From: Phoronis australis
Taxonomy: Eukaryota > Animalia > Phoronida
Length of the DNA stretch: 64,000 bases
Direction: 5' to 3'
NCBI GenBank assembly: GCA_002633005.1
Contig: NMRA01000331.1
Location: 62,001-126,000 of the forward strand
A program made the position numbers and the translations under genes. The first letter of the stretch is position 1. Each line of letters starts with the position of its first letter. Below the pieces are notes generated by a model, which saw nothing but the letters and a program-made list of their open reading frames with translations, ran no database searches and was not told where the DNA came from. Below, piece after piece: positions 39,251-52,807 of the stretch.

Positions 39251-40774
39251 TGAATCATGACTGGACACCAGTACGTTGATTTAGGTGTAAAATTTCTTGA
39301 GGTTTAATGATGATTTAAACTAGAAGAGAAAACAAACTGGTTTATTGAGGTACTTTCTATTATTATTATTATGTGTAATTAGAGTACGGTTACAATTGAA
39401 ACGCCACCTGTCTTGTTTAATGAGAACCATTTAAGCCCTGAGTGACGATATCAAAAAGTGCGTCAGGCATAAATGTCGGGAAAGGGCATAGCGGGAATTC
39501 AAGTTCCAATGAGAATATTCTGAAAATGATATGTTTTTATCTGTATAGTACTGTAAATATAAACTCGAGTCTATATACATGGGTGCTGAAATGAAGTGTG
39601 TCCTGTTCCTCACGACCTAGATTTTGTTAGACACTCGCGTATCCTAATCATTTTGGGAAACCCTACAAAGAGTAGAAAACCTTAATTGTGGCTACGAAAG
39701 TAGGCTCACGGGCTTATCTTCGAAATTTTCCCAATAATAGACAGGTGGTCTTATATTCATGCAAAATGCATGCAAGAAACGTGTAGTCGAAAACTAATCA
39801 AACCCCTGCCAGTTACCATCTCTGTTTGCCCTCGCAACGTCTACTTCATTATAGTTCGAGCGACGACATCCTAATCTTGATGTTAATTATCTCTGGTAAT
39901 TACCGCGGGCGAACATGTATATTAAAACATGATACAAAACACCTGTATGGCTTTTCACAACAAACAGTTAAACCACGGTCTCCCCGTAAATTTTAACGCG
40001 TTTTGTCTACAAAGGCTCTCACCACTCGATCGAGATGTAAGTCCGGGTACTTTGTCTTCTACCGACTTACAGCTGGACCCTGTTGGAAATCAGTGCCGCA
40101 ATCACTGAACAGGTTTGTCCGGTATAAATCAAATCTTTATTGAATTTACCTGTAAAACTTACCACCATAACACAAGACACTCCACATTCGTTTCTTGAAA
40201 ACTTAGGTCATATGATATCAACGAATTAAATGAGACATATATGAAATAAAGCAAATTAATTATATTGGAAAGTTGCATGATCCGTTGTAGTGATGCACCA
40301 CACCCTTGTGCCAAATTTTTTCTAAATCCGACAACGGGTTTTTGAGATATCGAGCGAACAAAGGGGCAACAATATGCGACCACATTATTTGGGAGCATAA
40401 AAAGCCTACTAGACGATGTGAAAAAGTGCATTAGTTTTCGATATGGTTCACACCTGATGGTGGTACTTGTAGAAAATATATTCTGCTCATGATGGGAAAT
40501 ATCTAAAACTTCGGTTAATATGTACAACCAGATTTGCGAAATGTATTTGTAATAAAAAGTATTTCGTGTGTAGTTTCACGTCCCAAAGCTGTGACATCGT
40601 ATAAGAAGCAATTTTATTAATTTATATATTTCCTCATTATTAAAGTACTTGCTTATAATTGGTCACAATTCTTAAGATACGGGCATTAGGGACTATCGCG
40701 CACTTTCGCTAAGTGCTGTACATTTGGATGTGTTTGATGTTGGCAATTGTAATTGATAAATACTTCATGATAAA

Positions 40775-41320
40775 TTACTTGACTAATGAGATGGCAACTG
40801 AAAACAATCCTTTAATTTGCATATCACCACTTTCAATATTACAACTTGTCCGTAAACGTTCACGAATTGTTCCTACTAACACTGTTATGGAAAGCCATTC
40901 AGTATCGTTCAATCGTAATGAATTGTTCAAAGTTAACTGCATGGATTGAGTCAAAACGTAAGTGTGGCAGCATACAGGCAACAGAAATTGACTCAACACA
41001 TCACTCATCACTGGTAGGTGGTAAATGTTCACTTGACCATATTTCCATTGGAGGCAATGAGTATCGAATAAAGATTCGTCAACTTTGTACACCACTTTTG
41101 AGGCTGTCGAGAGGGGTGCACTCCTGGTTGTCGAATTCGTTGGAGGAGACTGATCAAAACTGTAGCACTGGGAGTTCTCTCCTGGTATTCGCTCATAGTA
41201 GCCACTCGGCTGTAGGGCGAACTTAACGTCTGGCACCCAGATTACATACAGTAGAAACAGGGCGCAAGTTAGCGGAAATTCGCGACAGGCATTCTTCAAA
41301 AATCGTATTCCGCCAACCAT
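40775..41320 (-). CDS. Unassigned 181-aa ORF with ATG and N-terminal hydrophobic segment (possible exon of a secreted or membrane protein)
   Basis: Good Kozak-like context (AGCATGG), hydrophobic stretch LTCALFLLYVIWV, several Cys and N-x-S/T sites, and an unusually long open frame for AT-rich DNA. No family recognised. Confidence 0.35.
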   Translation of the reverse strand: MVGGIRFLKNACREFPLTCALFLLYVIWVPDVKFALQPSGYYERIPGENSQCYSFDQSPPTNSTTRSAPLSTASKVVYKVDESLFDTHCLQWKYGQVNIYHLPVMSDVLSQFLLPVCCHTYVLTQSMQLTLNNSLRLNDTEWLSITVLVGTIRERLRTSCNIESGDMQIKGLFSVAISLVK

Positions 41321-42419
41321 GCTGGATTTGATTTTGGCAGTCAGCCAGCGTGAAACAATCTCCGTGCATACATGCTTACATTAGTAAGCTCAAACGAACC
41401 AGTTCATAGGTTGTGTTACTGCCGACAAACCAACCACGTAGAAGTCAATAGTTTGACCTGGATCGATGAAAGTACACCCACTAACTCGATGTCAATAATA
41501 TTTTCACAATTCCGTTATGGATGACTTATTCATCAGTAGCATCATAATTTCAGTCCTGTCAAATTCGGAATCGGCCGTGACGAATGACAATTCAACAACC
41601 AGGTCGACATCATTAACGCTAGTAAATCGCTAGAAAAGCGAAATCTTGCGATATTCTGAGAGGTATCGCCGTGTATCTTCAACGAGAGCACGTGATTACG
41701 GCCAGATTTTATCGCGCGAGACAGTTATTGAGCTCTAAAGAATTTCACCTTGGTTTTCATGTTGAAATTATGTAACAGTAAAACAGTTGATATACTTTTT
41801 CCCGAAAATGTATGAACCGTATTATTTGCGGAATTCGAGAATCAATTCATAACAGCAAAATCGCCTCGTGGACATTTTGCTTACTAAGAGAAAATAAAAT
41901 TCTTGACTCCAGTCTCATTGTGAAGAATTGTGACCAATGCAATGGCTAAACCGGGGGAAGGGAGAATTGAGTCAGTGCTGTGGAGTTATCAAAATTATGA
42001 AAAGCAGGTCTAAAATTATTTTTATACTCATAAAAGAGTTGCAACTCGTGCATTTGAATTCGACTTTGAAGTTTCAAGTTAGCGGTCATTAAGTGGTAAC
42101 TTATATTTATATTCATTTAGCTAAATCGTAATGTACTTGAGTAAAAATCAAAGAAAATCTGGCGCATCCTCTGGAACAAGGAGTCCAACTTCAGAAATTG
42201 GATTTCGGCCCCTGGAAGCAGAAATTAACTGCGCTAATAAATTCAAGATGCCAACTGTTCAGTCGGTATAGCTTGCGTAATCACGCCTGCACTGCATATT
42301 GGTAACCCGTGGTTAAACCTGCTGGCGAGGTGATGTTCAGTTGGTCGACAAGTTGAACAGTTGGCAGTATCGTATGATTGGCAATTCACAGAGAAGGCAG
42401 TTGGTATTACTAAGGAGGG

Positions 42420-42850
42420 AATTGATTCAGAATTTGAAATCCTTGACAGTTTTTTAATATTATACCGTTTTAACCTTAGCTTTTCATTCAAAATTTGCGA
42501 AAATGGAACTGGTTTGAAAAACGCTGGGTTTTCATTTTCGATTCCATCTCTAAACAACAAAGGAGCTTAAAATTCGTGAGGCTTTACACATCAGTTGGTG
42601 CAAGCCCATCTCAATACGCAACTGACACACCACAGGTTGTCATTGTTGGTCTAGTTCATTGTCACTCGCTGTAACTGACTGTATCTGTGCTTCATTACTT
42701 GTTGGTGGGCCCAGCGAGGTGGCCACTGTATTATCACCTCTGAGGATGGCATTGAATAAATGACACCGAAACATGTCAAGTCTTAAAACCGTTGTTGTTT
42801 TCTTGAATCCACAGCATACTTCAATTGTTATTGGCTCACAGGAACCGGGA
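42420..42850 (+). mobile_element. Penelope-like element 3' relic (GIY-YIG C-terminus + pseudo-LTR)
   Basis: EFEILD...IPSLNNKG* resembles the F-x-I-L...P-x-L-N end of the Penelope endonuclease; a hammerhead core follows ~170 bp later. Confidence 0.5.
42736..42781 (+). ncRNA. Minimal type I hammerhead ribozyme motif (Penelope-type, degenerate)
   Basis: ACCT-CTGAGGA-TGG(CATT-GAATA-AATG)ACACC-GAAA-CATGTC-AAGT: conserved CUGANGA and GAAA boxes, palindromic ACAUGU stem III, GUC cleavage triplet, and stem I with one mismatch. Confidence 0.55.
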
Positions 42851-44209
42851 ATAGCACATACACTAGAGGTTATCTCAAACTTTATTTACTGGTCTCCATT
42901 CTAACTCGTATATCAAAAAACAGGCTTTGTCAACAAGTAAATACATACATTTTCTGAAAGAAAAAAGTTCAGGGATTATAAAAATATATTTTATATTTAT
43001 GTGTCATTATCATTATCATCAAGTTAACACCTATTCAAGTCAAAAATTCATGTTTAAGAAAGGTACAATTATAGCAAAATAACGCCTCGGTCGATTTCAA
43101 TGAATCCCTTTTTAAATGAAAACCTAAAAAACACTAAGGAATTTTCGATTAGTCTCTTAATTTGGTTTCTATGACAAAGTAACTCGCAAGACGTACGGTA
43201 TTTTTGTAAAAACAGCAGTCGCATTCGTCTTTGTTACATTACGTAAAAATAGGCTTTTGTATAACAAATCGTAAAAGCGTATTAATTTATGATGAATAAA
43301 TATTAAGTTGGCAAAGTTTCAGCGAAATCCACCGAGCAGTTTTCGAGAACTCGTGTTCCAAAGTTCCAATTACGTCGATTTGCCAAAGCCAAGAAATGGC
43401 CAACTTAAACTTAAATTTGAATTTGCAGTTCATAATTAACTTAATCATCGCTGAAACGTTAACTTTGTTACCGTCTCCAGTCCGACATGGCGGGATCAAC
43501 GTTTGGCCTACTTTTGAGTTGGTCAATAGTTCATTGTTGTACACCAATTGCGAAATGGATAACAGAAAACGAGTCGGTGGTTAAAGCATGTCGTGAGCAT
43601 GAGATCGAAACAGCGAAATGTCAAATTACCTATCAAATTAAGGAATTTGGATGAGGATTTATCTCTTTTCACAACTTGCTGTGTTCGTGAACGCAAAGTT
43701 ATAAAAGTGCCAGGCAGCTCGGAGCATTCGTTCTCAACGGTCGTTTGAATGCAGACGCACAACTCCGAGAGCTGAACTCCCTTAGGATCAAAACTACGTT
43801 TTAGTAATGTCTCTTCAAACTGTAAATGTGGTGACCATCAGTCTTATCCTCATGTTTTCTTCAAATGTCCCCCATCGAATACCTGAGAGACTCACTCTTT
43901 CGAGCACTCAATGAAAACAAATCAATTGTAAAAGTTCTCAATTCTTGTAATAATATCCCTACTTAAGTTACATTATTATTGAACGATAGTCCTAACTTTG
44001 ACCTTGTTCCCGATGAATTCCTCGTAAGGCAAATTTTTATGTATCGCTTATAAATATTGTTGCTTCTGATTTCCATACATGTGTCTGTACATTTTTTGTT
44101 TTCTTTGCTCGTAATAGAATATCTAAATATTGGAATACTTTTATTAGATACTACTTACATGTATATACCTCTATGTATATTATTTTCATCTAAGATACAA
44201 TGCTTCGTG

Positions 44210-44638
44210 ATTTCTGGGCTTGTCATTATTTCTTTGTACGTTATGTGTATTCTTCAATAAATATATATCACTTTAAAAAATGCACGAGTTGAGACAAGAA
44301 ATTTTAGGTATTGTTGGGGTCGTCAACTGCGAGTTTTATTATTCACTCATTTATGTTTACAACTCGTCATGTCACTCCTCTGGCTCTATCACAAAGACAT
44401 ACAGTAATCTTCAGTTGATACTACAGCATAACGGAATGTGTAAGTAGTTTGAGCCCTAGTTCAAAGCTTTTCCATTACTAGTGAGGCTAATCCTCAAACA
44501 CAAATCAGGAGTTGGAATCCACCTTTATCACACAAAGCTACCACGCATAGGAAGCCGATTGATTTCTGGTTGTGTCATTATTTCTTTGTATGTTCTGTGT
44601 AATTTTCAATAAATATATATCATCTTAAAAAAACTACG
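44210..44638 (+). repeat. Pair of ~77-bp direct repeats (44210-44288, 44561-44638) with AATAAA and A-run
   Basis: TGTCATTATTTCTTTGTA...TTCAATAAATATATATCA..TTAAAAAA occurs twice; resembles retroelement 3' tails. Confidence 0.65.
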
Positions 44639-46369
44639 TTTTGTCTTCGTTTTCCCCAGCATCCTTCCATCATATGTGCACCTCGTTGACTCAATATTAT
44701 CAAAGATTTTATAGTATCTTTGATATTATGGTGAGTCACAGCCCTTTGAACTGGTAGTAAACAAATTTCCACACGAGTGTGCGGTTCCAAGGTGGTTCTG
44801 CTAAAACGCTTTTTCGGTATACATTTCGTATTTGAAGTTTTCCGAGAATAAAGATAAAGTGTTTTGGTAGACATATGTGAAATATTGTAAAAATGGCCAA
44901 GTTTTGTAAATAAGGTTTGAGATATCCTTAAACAGTGGTGTCTTGCTCATTGAGTAGCTGGGACAGAGCGACATGTTCGATTGTTTTGTATATATTGTAC
45001 ATGCTGACAGTGATATTTACTATCAAAAGTATAATCGTTTCTGGTATGCGAATGCTAAGGGCTAAAGTTGACATCAAACAAGGTAGCTCTACAATGATAC
45101 CGTGGTCTAGCAGTACGATCCATGGTGTTACATAGCTTTGCAAAGTAGTTAGAACAAGGACAACCAAATGCAGTGGTGAAATATCAAAGATAAACATGGT
45201 GTGAATAATAACACATGTATTGCGTGTGTTTACCTCCTGAAACATTTCTCACGGATATGAATACTGGCACTTATGGTTATTTAAAACCGAAACACAACTA
45301 CATATACTGTATGCTCCGATGAAACACGGTTTCTCATTCGTCCGACTTTTCCTCTTAAAAGATTGTTAAGTTTGGATTTCAGTAAAACAAAAGGACAGAC
45401 GTGTATGGTAAGATTGCATTAGTACCGAAGCATCTACATAAGACTGTACACAGATAGTCTTACCAAATTTGTTTTCAGTATGTTCTGTCTATCCCCTTGT
45501 CATGTTTTGCCCTAAAAATCTTCTGGACGGCAGATTCCAAGAAACATTAACATTACTATACTAGTGGTCTAAGGAATTTTCGCCCTGCACTTCATTAGTT
45601 CCTATGGCCTTTTTCGACACATTAAGTAAATTATGATTCTAAACACAGGATTATCTTCAATTGTCAGAACTTCAGCATGTCGTCCAGTTTACTTCTTAAC
45701 CAAAGTTTAAAACGTGCATTGTTGTGTTGTGAGCCAAAGACAAGAGGTAATAGAAAACAAGTTAATAATATACTGACGTCATGGCCTGTGACATCGCTGA
45801 ATGACACTAATACAATATGCATGAAATTAGACGTATTTTACACATTCACCGAAATGCAACTGCACTTACGTCAGCTTGCTGCGCCGAAGGCAACCATTCT
45901 GAATACACGATTTCACGATTTCTCGTATTGTAAGTACGTATCCATGTACTCAGTCGAGGTTAAAAGAAAGTTGCCTTACTAAATTTCTCCAGGTGAGGAT
46001 TGATCGGAGTAACAAATGTTAATTTCCTACGCGTTTGAATGGGTCTGCACATCTATTGTTGTCAGAATCTACGTTCGTTGACGATAAATCGGTGCTCACT
46101 ACTGGAACAACGTGTTTGAAGTTAAAAGAGCTTCAGAAGCGGTAACTTCCCTTGAGATTCTAGTGGTGAAAACGGTTGCCTGTAATATGCAGCATAACTG
46201 GGAAATGCAAGTTAAATATGAGCAGAGCCTTAGAAATCGCTTTCTTATTATATCCAGGTTTTCATCCATTCCCTTGCAAACATTCACTACTAGCAAGACC
46301 GAGCTTAGAGGAGCAGGAGACACCTTTGTGCAATGCTCGACCGTCTGACAGTAAAGCCAGGATTCGAAC

Positions 46370-46530
46370 CCGCCTCCCGTTCAGTAACGCTAGGACCTCG
46401 CTAAAAAGCAAGACTTCGCGAGATTACGTGAGATATTGCCGTGTATTTTTAATGAGAACACGTGACTTTGACTAGGTTTTAGCTAGGTCCTAGCGTAGGT
46501 CCTAGCGTGTACGAAACGCACGCCGGGTCT
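46370..46530. mobile_element. Small MITE
   Basis: CGCTAGGACCTCGCTAAAA / TTTTAGCTAGGTCCTAGCG inverted pair. Confidence 0.5.
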
Positions 46531-47249
46531 CCAGAACTCAAAACAGATCCACACTGTCTCCTGGAGGAATGCAAGTCATACTATTTCCCAACCAGTGATG
46601 CCGCGTACAGACAGAGAAGACTTCTTACGACCAATCAGCAGGAAATATCAAGTTGCAACAGGGTTAGAAACCTGACTATCAAAATATTTTCGTGGTTAAT
46701 TTGAGGGTATTTTTAATGTTTGTTGGATTTTCCTTGGGAGGTAGTGCTCAGCAAATATCTTACAGTTCAGAATTGAAAAATAACCATAATACTGCGATAT
46801 TTAGTGTAAAACACGATCTTACTTAAAAGTGTCAATACTGCCGCAGAACCCCACACGACCAACAGTCCCGTTTCTTATTTTTATAGAGATCTGTTATTTA
46901 GGACCCTACAAAATGTCCATATTCGGAACATCATATCTCAGAAATGGCTATTCGGGTTCATATTGAATTTTTAGAAAGCACGCTGTTACAATCTCCCATT
47001 TCTACATGAGGGTCTATCAAAAACAGAACATCTCTGATTTTTACGAAAAAACAAGTTGCACAATACGAAATCGAAATTATTATTTAGAAAAATATTACAT
47101 CTTTTTTGACATTTTATCTGAAACGTTTATATTTAATGAAATTACTGTGATGTTGTTGATATCGCTGTTTCGCTATCAATCTACATTTCTTTTTTTACGA
47201 AATTTTAATAAAATGGCATGGTCACACGACTAAATTTATTTATATCTTA

Positions 47250-47625
47250 TTTCAGATACCAACCTTAAATTTAATATAGACATAGATCACATCACAAAGA
47301 AGTTGTCAAAGCAAATCGACGTACTTAACTTCTACGTAAATTTCTTAATCTCATCACTCATAAGACAATATACCATTCTATTACTCAGCCTGATATTTAT
47401 TATTTTTACCGGTTTGGGGACATACCAGCGTCACACTTGTTAGCAAAGTCCAGGTAATCCAAAATAGAGCCGACAGGGCTATTCTGGGTACTAGAATTGG
47501 GAACCCCGGGTCACCGACCTGTACAAACTTGAATTTATGAAAGTAAACAGAAATAAATATCTCTCTACCTGTTGCATGTACAGATGTATCAATGGCTTGG
47601 CTCTAACATGTCTCATCCTCAAATT
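47250..47625 (+). mobile_element. CR1/L2-group LINE C-terminal fragment
   Basis: Manual translation across frameshifts gives DTNLKFN..IDHITKKLSK, TIYHSITQP, VWG, KVQVIQNRA..AILG and MYRCINGLA. Confidence 0.65.
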
Positions 47626-47864
47626 CAGTTGCAGTCAAGCTATATACTGTACCTGTTCTTCCGTTGCTGGTAATGTTTCATGCACAAAATTAAAACCGAG
47701 AACAGCAAGATATCTTTTATATATGCTGCCGTTGCAATATGGAGCTCTCTTAGACTCGAAATTAAACGGTAAGATTCAATTAATGAGCACCGAGCTTAGA
47801 GATGCGCCCACGAATGCATCGCTAACTGTGTGCTTCTGGGGGTGTGTATTTGTATCATAAAACT

Positions 47865-48650
47865 GACCACTAGATGGTGCAAAATACATAGAATCCATCC
47901 AAAACGGGAACATGCCATCGCTCTTTAATAGAAAGTTAGTTAACAAATTTCATAAAAACCTGTCAAGGACTTCAGAGAAGCAAAGGAAAACAAAAATGGC
48001 ACTAGGAGGCACCACAGCAGTCAAAATCCTCGAAAATCATCGTCAACCATCCTCTTAACACTAAGAACATATGCCAATTTTCACAATCATCCTTATAATG
48101 ATGCAGTTGATAGAGAGGCGGACTCTAAAACAACAAAAATGGCCATTAGGAGACACAGGAGGATAATGTCATCTCATCAGTAGATGCCTACGATCAAAAT
48201 TTTATGAAAATCTGCTGAGAACCTTTGAAAATACAGAGATAAACGTAAAAAGAACTAAAATTGCCACTAGGGGGCACACCTGTAGTCAGATCCACACGAA
48301 AGTAGTCGTCGTCCGTTGTCAAATTTATATAAATACACTTGCTAAATTTAGTAACAATCCTGCATAGTTTTAAGGAGATACAGCCATGGACGCAAAACAA
48401 CTGCCACTAGGAGGCGCCACACTACTCGAAGTCGTCGGAAAATCGTCGCCATCCGCCCTCTTTAAGAATATACACGCCAATAACCACAATCATGCTTGGC
48501 GTACTTTGGTTGATAGGGGGACGACCGACAAAAAACGGACTCGAAAGCAGTAAAAATGGCCACTAGGTAGCGCAAAATGCCTTGAATCCATCCGAAAACA
48601 GGAGAATGGCGTCATCTCATTAATAGATGCCAGTGTGCCAAATTTATATT
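47865..48650 (+). mobile_element. Same Helentron/DINE-like family, array of ~140-bp units
   Basis: 48215-48390 aligns with 9123-9300; repeated AAAATGGCCACTAGG motif. Confidence 0.65.
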
Positions 48651-51600
48651 GTAAATCGACACATATCGGCGTCAATGAAATCAAGGCAGGAAACTTTATC
48701 AGTAAAATGCGCTTAAATACTCTGTGTGGGTTTATCTCCACCAGCAGAGCGTCAGACTGTGACTGAGGGTTGCAGGTTTTATTTCGAGTAGAGACTGAAC
48801 TCCAAAAATCAGTTCTTTCGACGATAATTTCCCTTTAACACAAATATGTCACATACAGACGCATGCGCCTATTTCCGGAAATAGGCGAAGCTCTACATGT
48901 AGCCGCCTAATACGGCACAGGAAAACTTCTTCGAAAGCAGCTCTAAACGAATGGGTCCGTTTTAATCGTGCCGACTCTCTAAAAGGACGTTTTATCATGC
49001 TGACAAGTTCTAAAAGGACAATTTCTACTTAATGAACTCCTTATCACTAGTCTCTGTATCTAATGCATTGTGAAAGAGAAGGGGTTCCTTAGGTTAGAGT
49101 TCACCTACTTTTTTTAACTTGGAGGATACACCAGATCTAATGTTCTCTGTCAATTCTCTTGCTTATTTTAGTACGCTTCTTTTTTCCTATTATTGGTTAT
49201 TTCTTTTCAGTCTCTGGTGTGTGATTAGTCTGATTAGTGTGATTAGTCTCACACCCGTTTATTGGTGTGAGGACATGTTAATAGACGTATGTTCACGACT
49301 GCCGTGATTTCCATCAGCTGTTGTAAACTGTCTGTCACGTGTGTACTTGGTATTTAAATTTTTATCAACCAAACCGACATTGGATTTACCGAGGCACTGT
49401 TAACAATTAACAAAAGACTTTTCAGTTGTTTGTCTTCAAATCTCCGACCAAGCAAAGCAAACCCTACAGAATTTCGAGACAGAAGCGTACGCACATAGTT
49501 CAGTAAAAATTGGTTTTCATCGTTCATTTACAGAACCTTCAATTCTAAAGGTCATTTTCTTCGTTCTCAGAGCACGGTGTTCCTCCGTGGAAGGCAGCGT
49601 TGATAGTCGGTTCATTAAACTGCTGTATAAAGCTCTCTAACCCAGTAATATGTACAGACAGCATAGCTAGAAACCAAGTGTAGTTTCAGACAAAACATGC
49701 CCCCAATCAGGATATTGCATAACACCAGAAGTTTTACACCACGTGCGGCACAACAGGTCTTGCGGCAACATGTTTGTTGAGGATCCTTGTGGAAGGCAAT
49801 GCACAGCACTTACGAGGTTATCCTTTTCAAAATATAAAACACGAAAATGCTAGGATTTCCTATCTCACGTCCGAATGCGTTTGATGAAGAACGAAATGTG
49901 TGCCTTAACAGCATTGTGTGAGAAGAACTGTAGTTTCCCCTGCCCCCTCACCACCCCCATGAGTTGACCGTCCACTAGGCGAAAGTGACATATATAGGTA
50001 AATACATGCGGATGCGTTGCGGATGACGATGCCTTTCTTACAGACAGAAATGGTTTGAAGCACACTGTGCTTAATTAGTTTGTTTTTGCAAAATTTGAAG
50101 ACTTTCAAAATACTGAACAGAATTTTTTTTCCAAACTTTAGATTTTTTTATGTCTCATTCGGTCGTAGTTCGACTCGGACAAAATAAGTTTCTTTTGTTC
50201 TCAGAAGATTAGTATACCAAAAGCGATTCTTAAATCGCAGAAGGTCATCGTATACAACAACCCAGAGGCATCGTAAAAAATTGAGATTTTTTTCACTGTG
50301 ATTGCGAATGTAAACCAGTCGATATAAATTCGGATTTTCCTAATATTGAGTCATGAGTTTTCGTACATAACAGTGATGTTGTTTTCGAAATTTCCTTATA
50401 GAAACCATCAATGTATGAGCGATAATGAACACAAATAATGAGCTTCACACAGATTTAATTTCAATTCGGAAGTGTTTGTTTTCACCTTCAGAGTAATTAG
50501 TTTAGTTATGACAAACCGTTCTACACTTAAGTTTTATCTAGTATTTACCGACTGAATGGAAGAGGTGACGGACTACCGTATATAATCCCATCATAATTAG
50601 GCAATACAATATGACAATTTAAAAAATGTGACATTTTATAGGCTAATAAATGAAATAATCCGTAAGACAGCAAATTAACTGAAACATGCGCAGCTGACAG
50701 AATTAGTGATTGTTTTCAAGAATACAGCAGAAAATAGCATATTTGGTTCTGGTCTGTGTTCTTTTTTGACAATTGATGCAGTGATGCGGTATTCTAGTGC
50801 TACATTTTGTCAGGAAGATCACCTGTGTTGCAGTGTGCTGTGTTGCCGAACACCATGCCTGAACTCTAAAATCACTTGCCAGGCAAAGTGAGCTTGCGTA
50901 CAAGACGGTTCCTGAAAGTCACGTGGTTCAATAGCCACAGAAGAAAAGCACTCACGTAGGAAAATCGAAACAGTTTGTTTGTTCAAACCAGTACGCGTTC
51001 GTGAGTTTGTTAATGCGTTGTTCATTTCTATAAAAGGGGATGGTAGCCTAACTACACTGAATACATCGCACAAAACTTAGAGAATTTTTTTGCAAAAATA
51101 GCTTCAGTAAAACGGTCTGGTAGGCGCTTTGTTCTTCGAACAGTGAGGCGCAAGTTTCAAAATGAAGCAGAACCAATCATGCATTTTTGGCCTGACATAT
51201 CTTCGTCCGGAATGTTAGAGCACAGTCAGCGCCCTGGAATAAAAACACTTGTTATTTACTTTTAAAGGGGGCACTTACTGAGTTGGCTAGCCATTTGTGT
51301 TGTTCCTTTTCCGCATTTTAATGGGACACAGTTAGTTTTAGAGTCGACAAACGGGATTGTTGTAAGATTACCTTCTTCTAGTTATTGGCTTTGACCACTG
51401 CTACAAAACGGCAAAATGGCTCTCAACTCATTCGCTAGTATAAACCGAAATTGAGACCGTTGACCTTATCGGCAAAACACGCTAAAGAACCCAGGTACTT
51501 GCTGCATTGCTTTTAGTTCTACTAAGTGTGGGACTGTGACAGCTGAGGTTGTCGATTCGAATCCGTCATGAAGTTGATGTCAAAATATGCAACCTCGTGG

Positions 51601-51741
51601 CCGATCAAAATGAGCTGTAGAGTACAAGCACATACATAATTATTTATTAGTTTTTTTGTTCCCATTCTGTTCTGTTTAAAGTCGATTCATCGGTGTCTAG
51701 CAACTTCTTATTGGTCCATAAGCAATAAAATACAAAAATTG

Positions 51742-51945
51742 TCAAATAAACACAGAAAATCAGGAACCCCAACTGGGAATCGAACCACAGGTCTCTAGAT
51801 TGCTGGTTGCATATGTCCAAATTTCGTGTGAATAAGGCGAAACGCCGCTCATGGAATGTTTGACATAACAATTGGCTGCAAATAGTAATTGCACAGATAT
51901 CGGGTCCTCAGTAACTCAGTGTTAGAGCACTTGACCGGCAATCTA
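51742..51945. repeat. Two truncated tRNA-derived repeat halves in opposite orientation
   Basis: 3' half (GGTTCGATTCCCAGTTGGGG) on minus at ~51762-51810; 5' half (GGTCCTCAGTAACTCAGTGTTAGAGCAC...) on plus at 51902-51945. Confidence 0.55.
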
Positions 51946-52807
51946 CTTACTAACTGTACAGTATGTTACGCAGTCTTAACAATGATACTTTACACTCATT
52001 AGTAGCACGTGTAACAGATTGGCTAGCAGTCCATTCAAAAGTGTTAACAAATGAGCTAAACTAACGTATTATCCGCTTCTATAATCGGAAGCATTTTATA
52101 CCATAGCAAAGACTCCAGCCGCTGATATCGGCGAATGTTCACATGTACTACAGCCGGTCGTCTTTGTGTGTTTGCTTGTTTTCTCGCCACTGACGCAATA
52201 TAGCGCGAAAAGACTACTTCACATCTCATTAGGCGTGTTTATTGTTGCATTCTAAATCAATAATAGGACTATCTGGATAGTTCAGTTTTTGCAAGGAAAT
52301 GAAAATGATCTCAATGCGGATACAGAAATTAATTGGGTCACTCACCTCAAAACAATATGTTATTGGTTGAAACGATTACGGTCGTAAAATGAGTCTTTAC
52401 GCATGTAATTTACGAGCGTAATTTACGAGAGACACTTTCCGCACAGGGGCCCAACATGAGATGAGACGTGTGACGAGCATTCACATGTGACTTTTCTTCA
52501 GGCGGCAGACGTTCTATATGCCTTCTGATCGGAACACATGTGAATGCTTTATCAGTCATCAAAAGTGATTTGGTCATTGTGGCAGCGCAATGATGGTGAT
52601 GAATGCAGAAGCACTTAAATCGCAGGATTTCATCACCGGCGTTGCAAATGCATTCTGGGGCGGTTGTCGGCTAGTAAACATCCGATGACCTTTTAATTTG
52701 ATTTATGGTTTGCGTTCTAATTGGTAAGATTTAATTTCAGCGTGATCGGATGGCAATTGCCTGTAAAATCTTTCGAGCAAAAGAATTGCTAATTTGTGTG
52801 TTATTTC

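Noticed and set aside
40071-40149. Possible minus-strand mini-exon (TTTTACAG...GTAAGT) as receptor exon 2
   Set aside because: Weak pyrimidine tract, and the translation does not resemble the expected continuation of the ectodomain.
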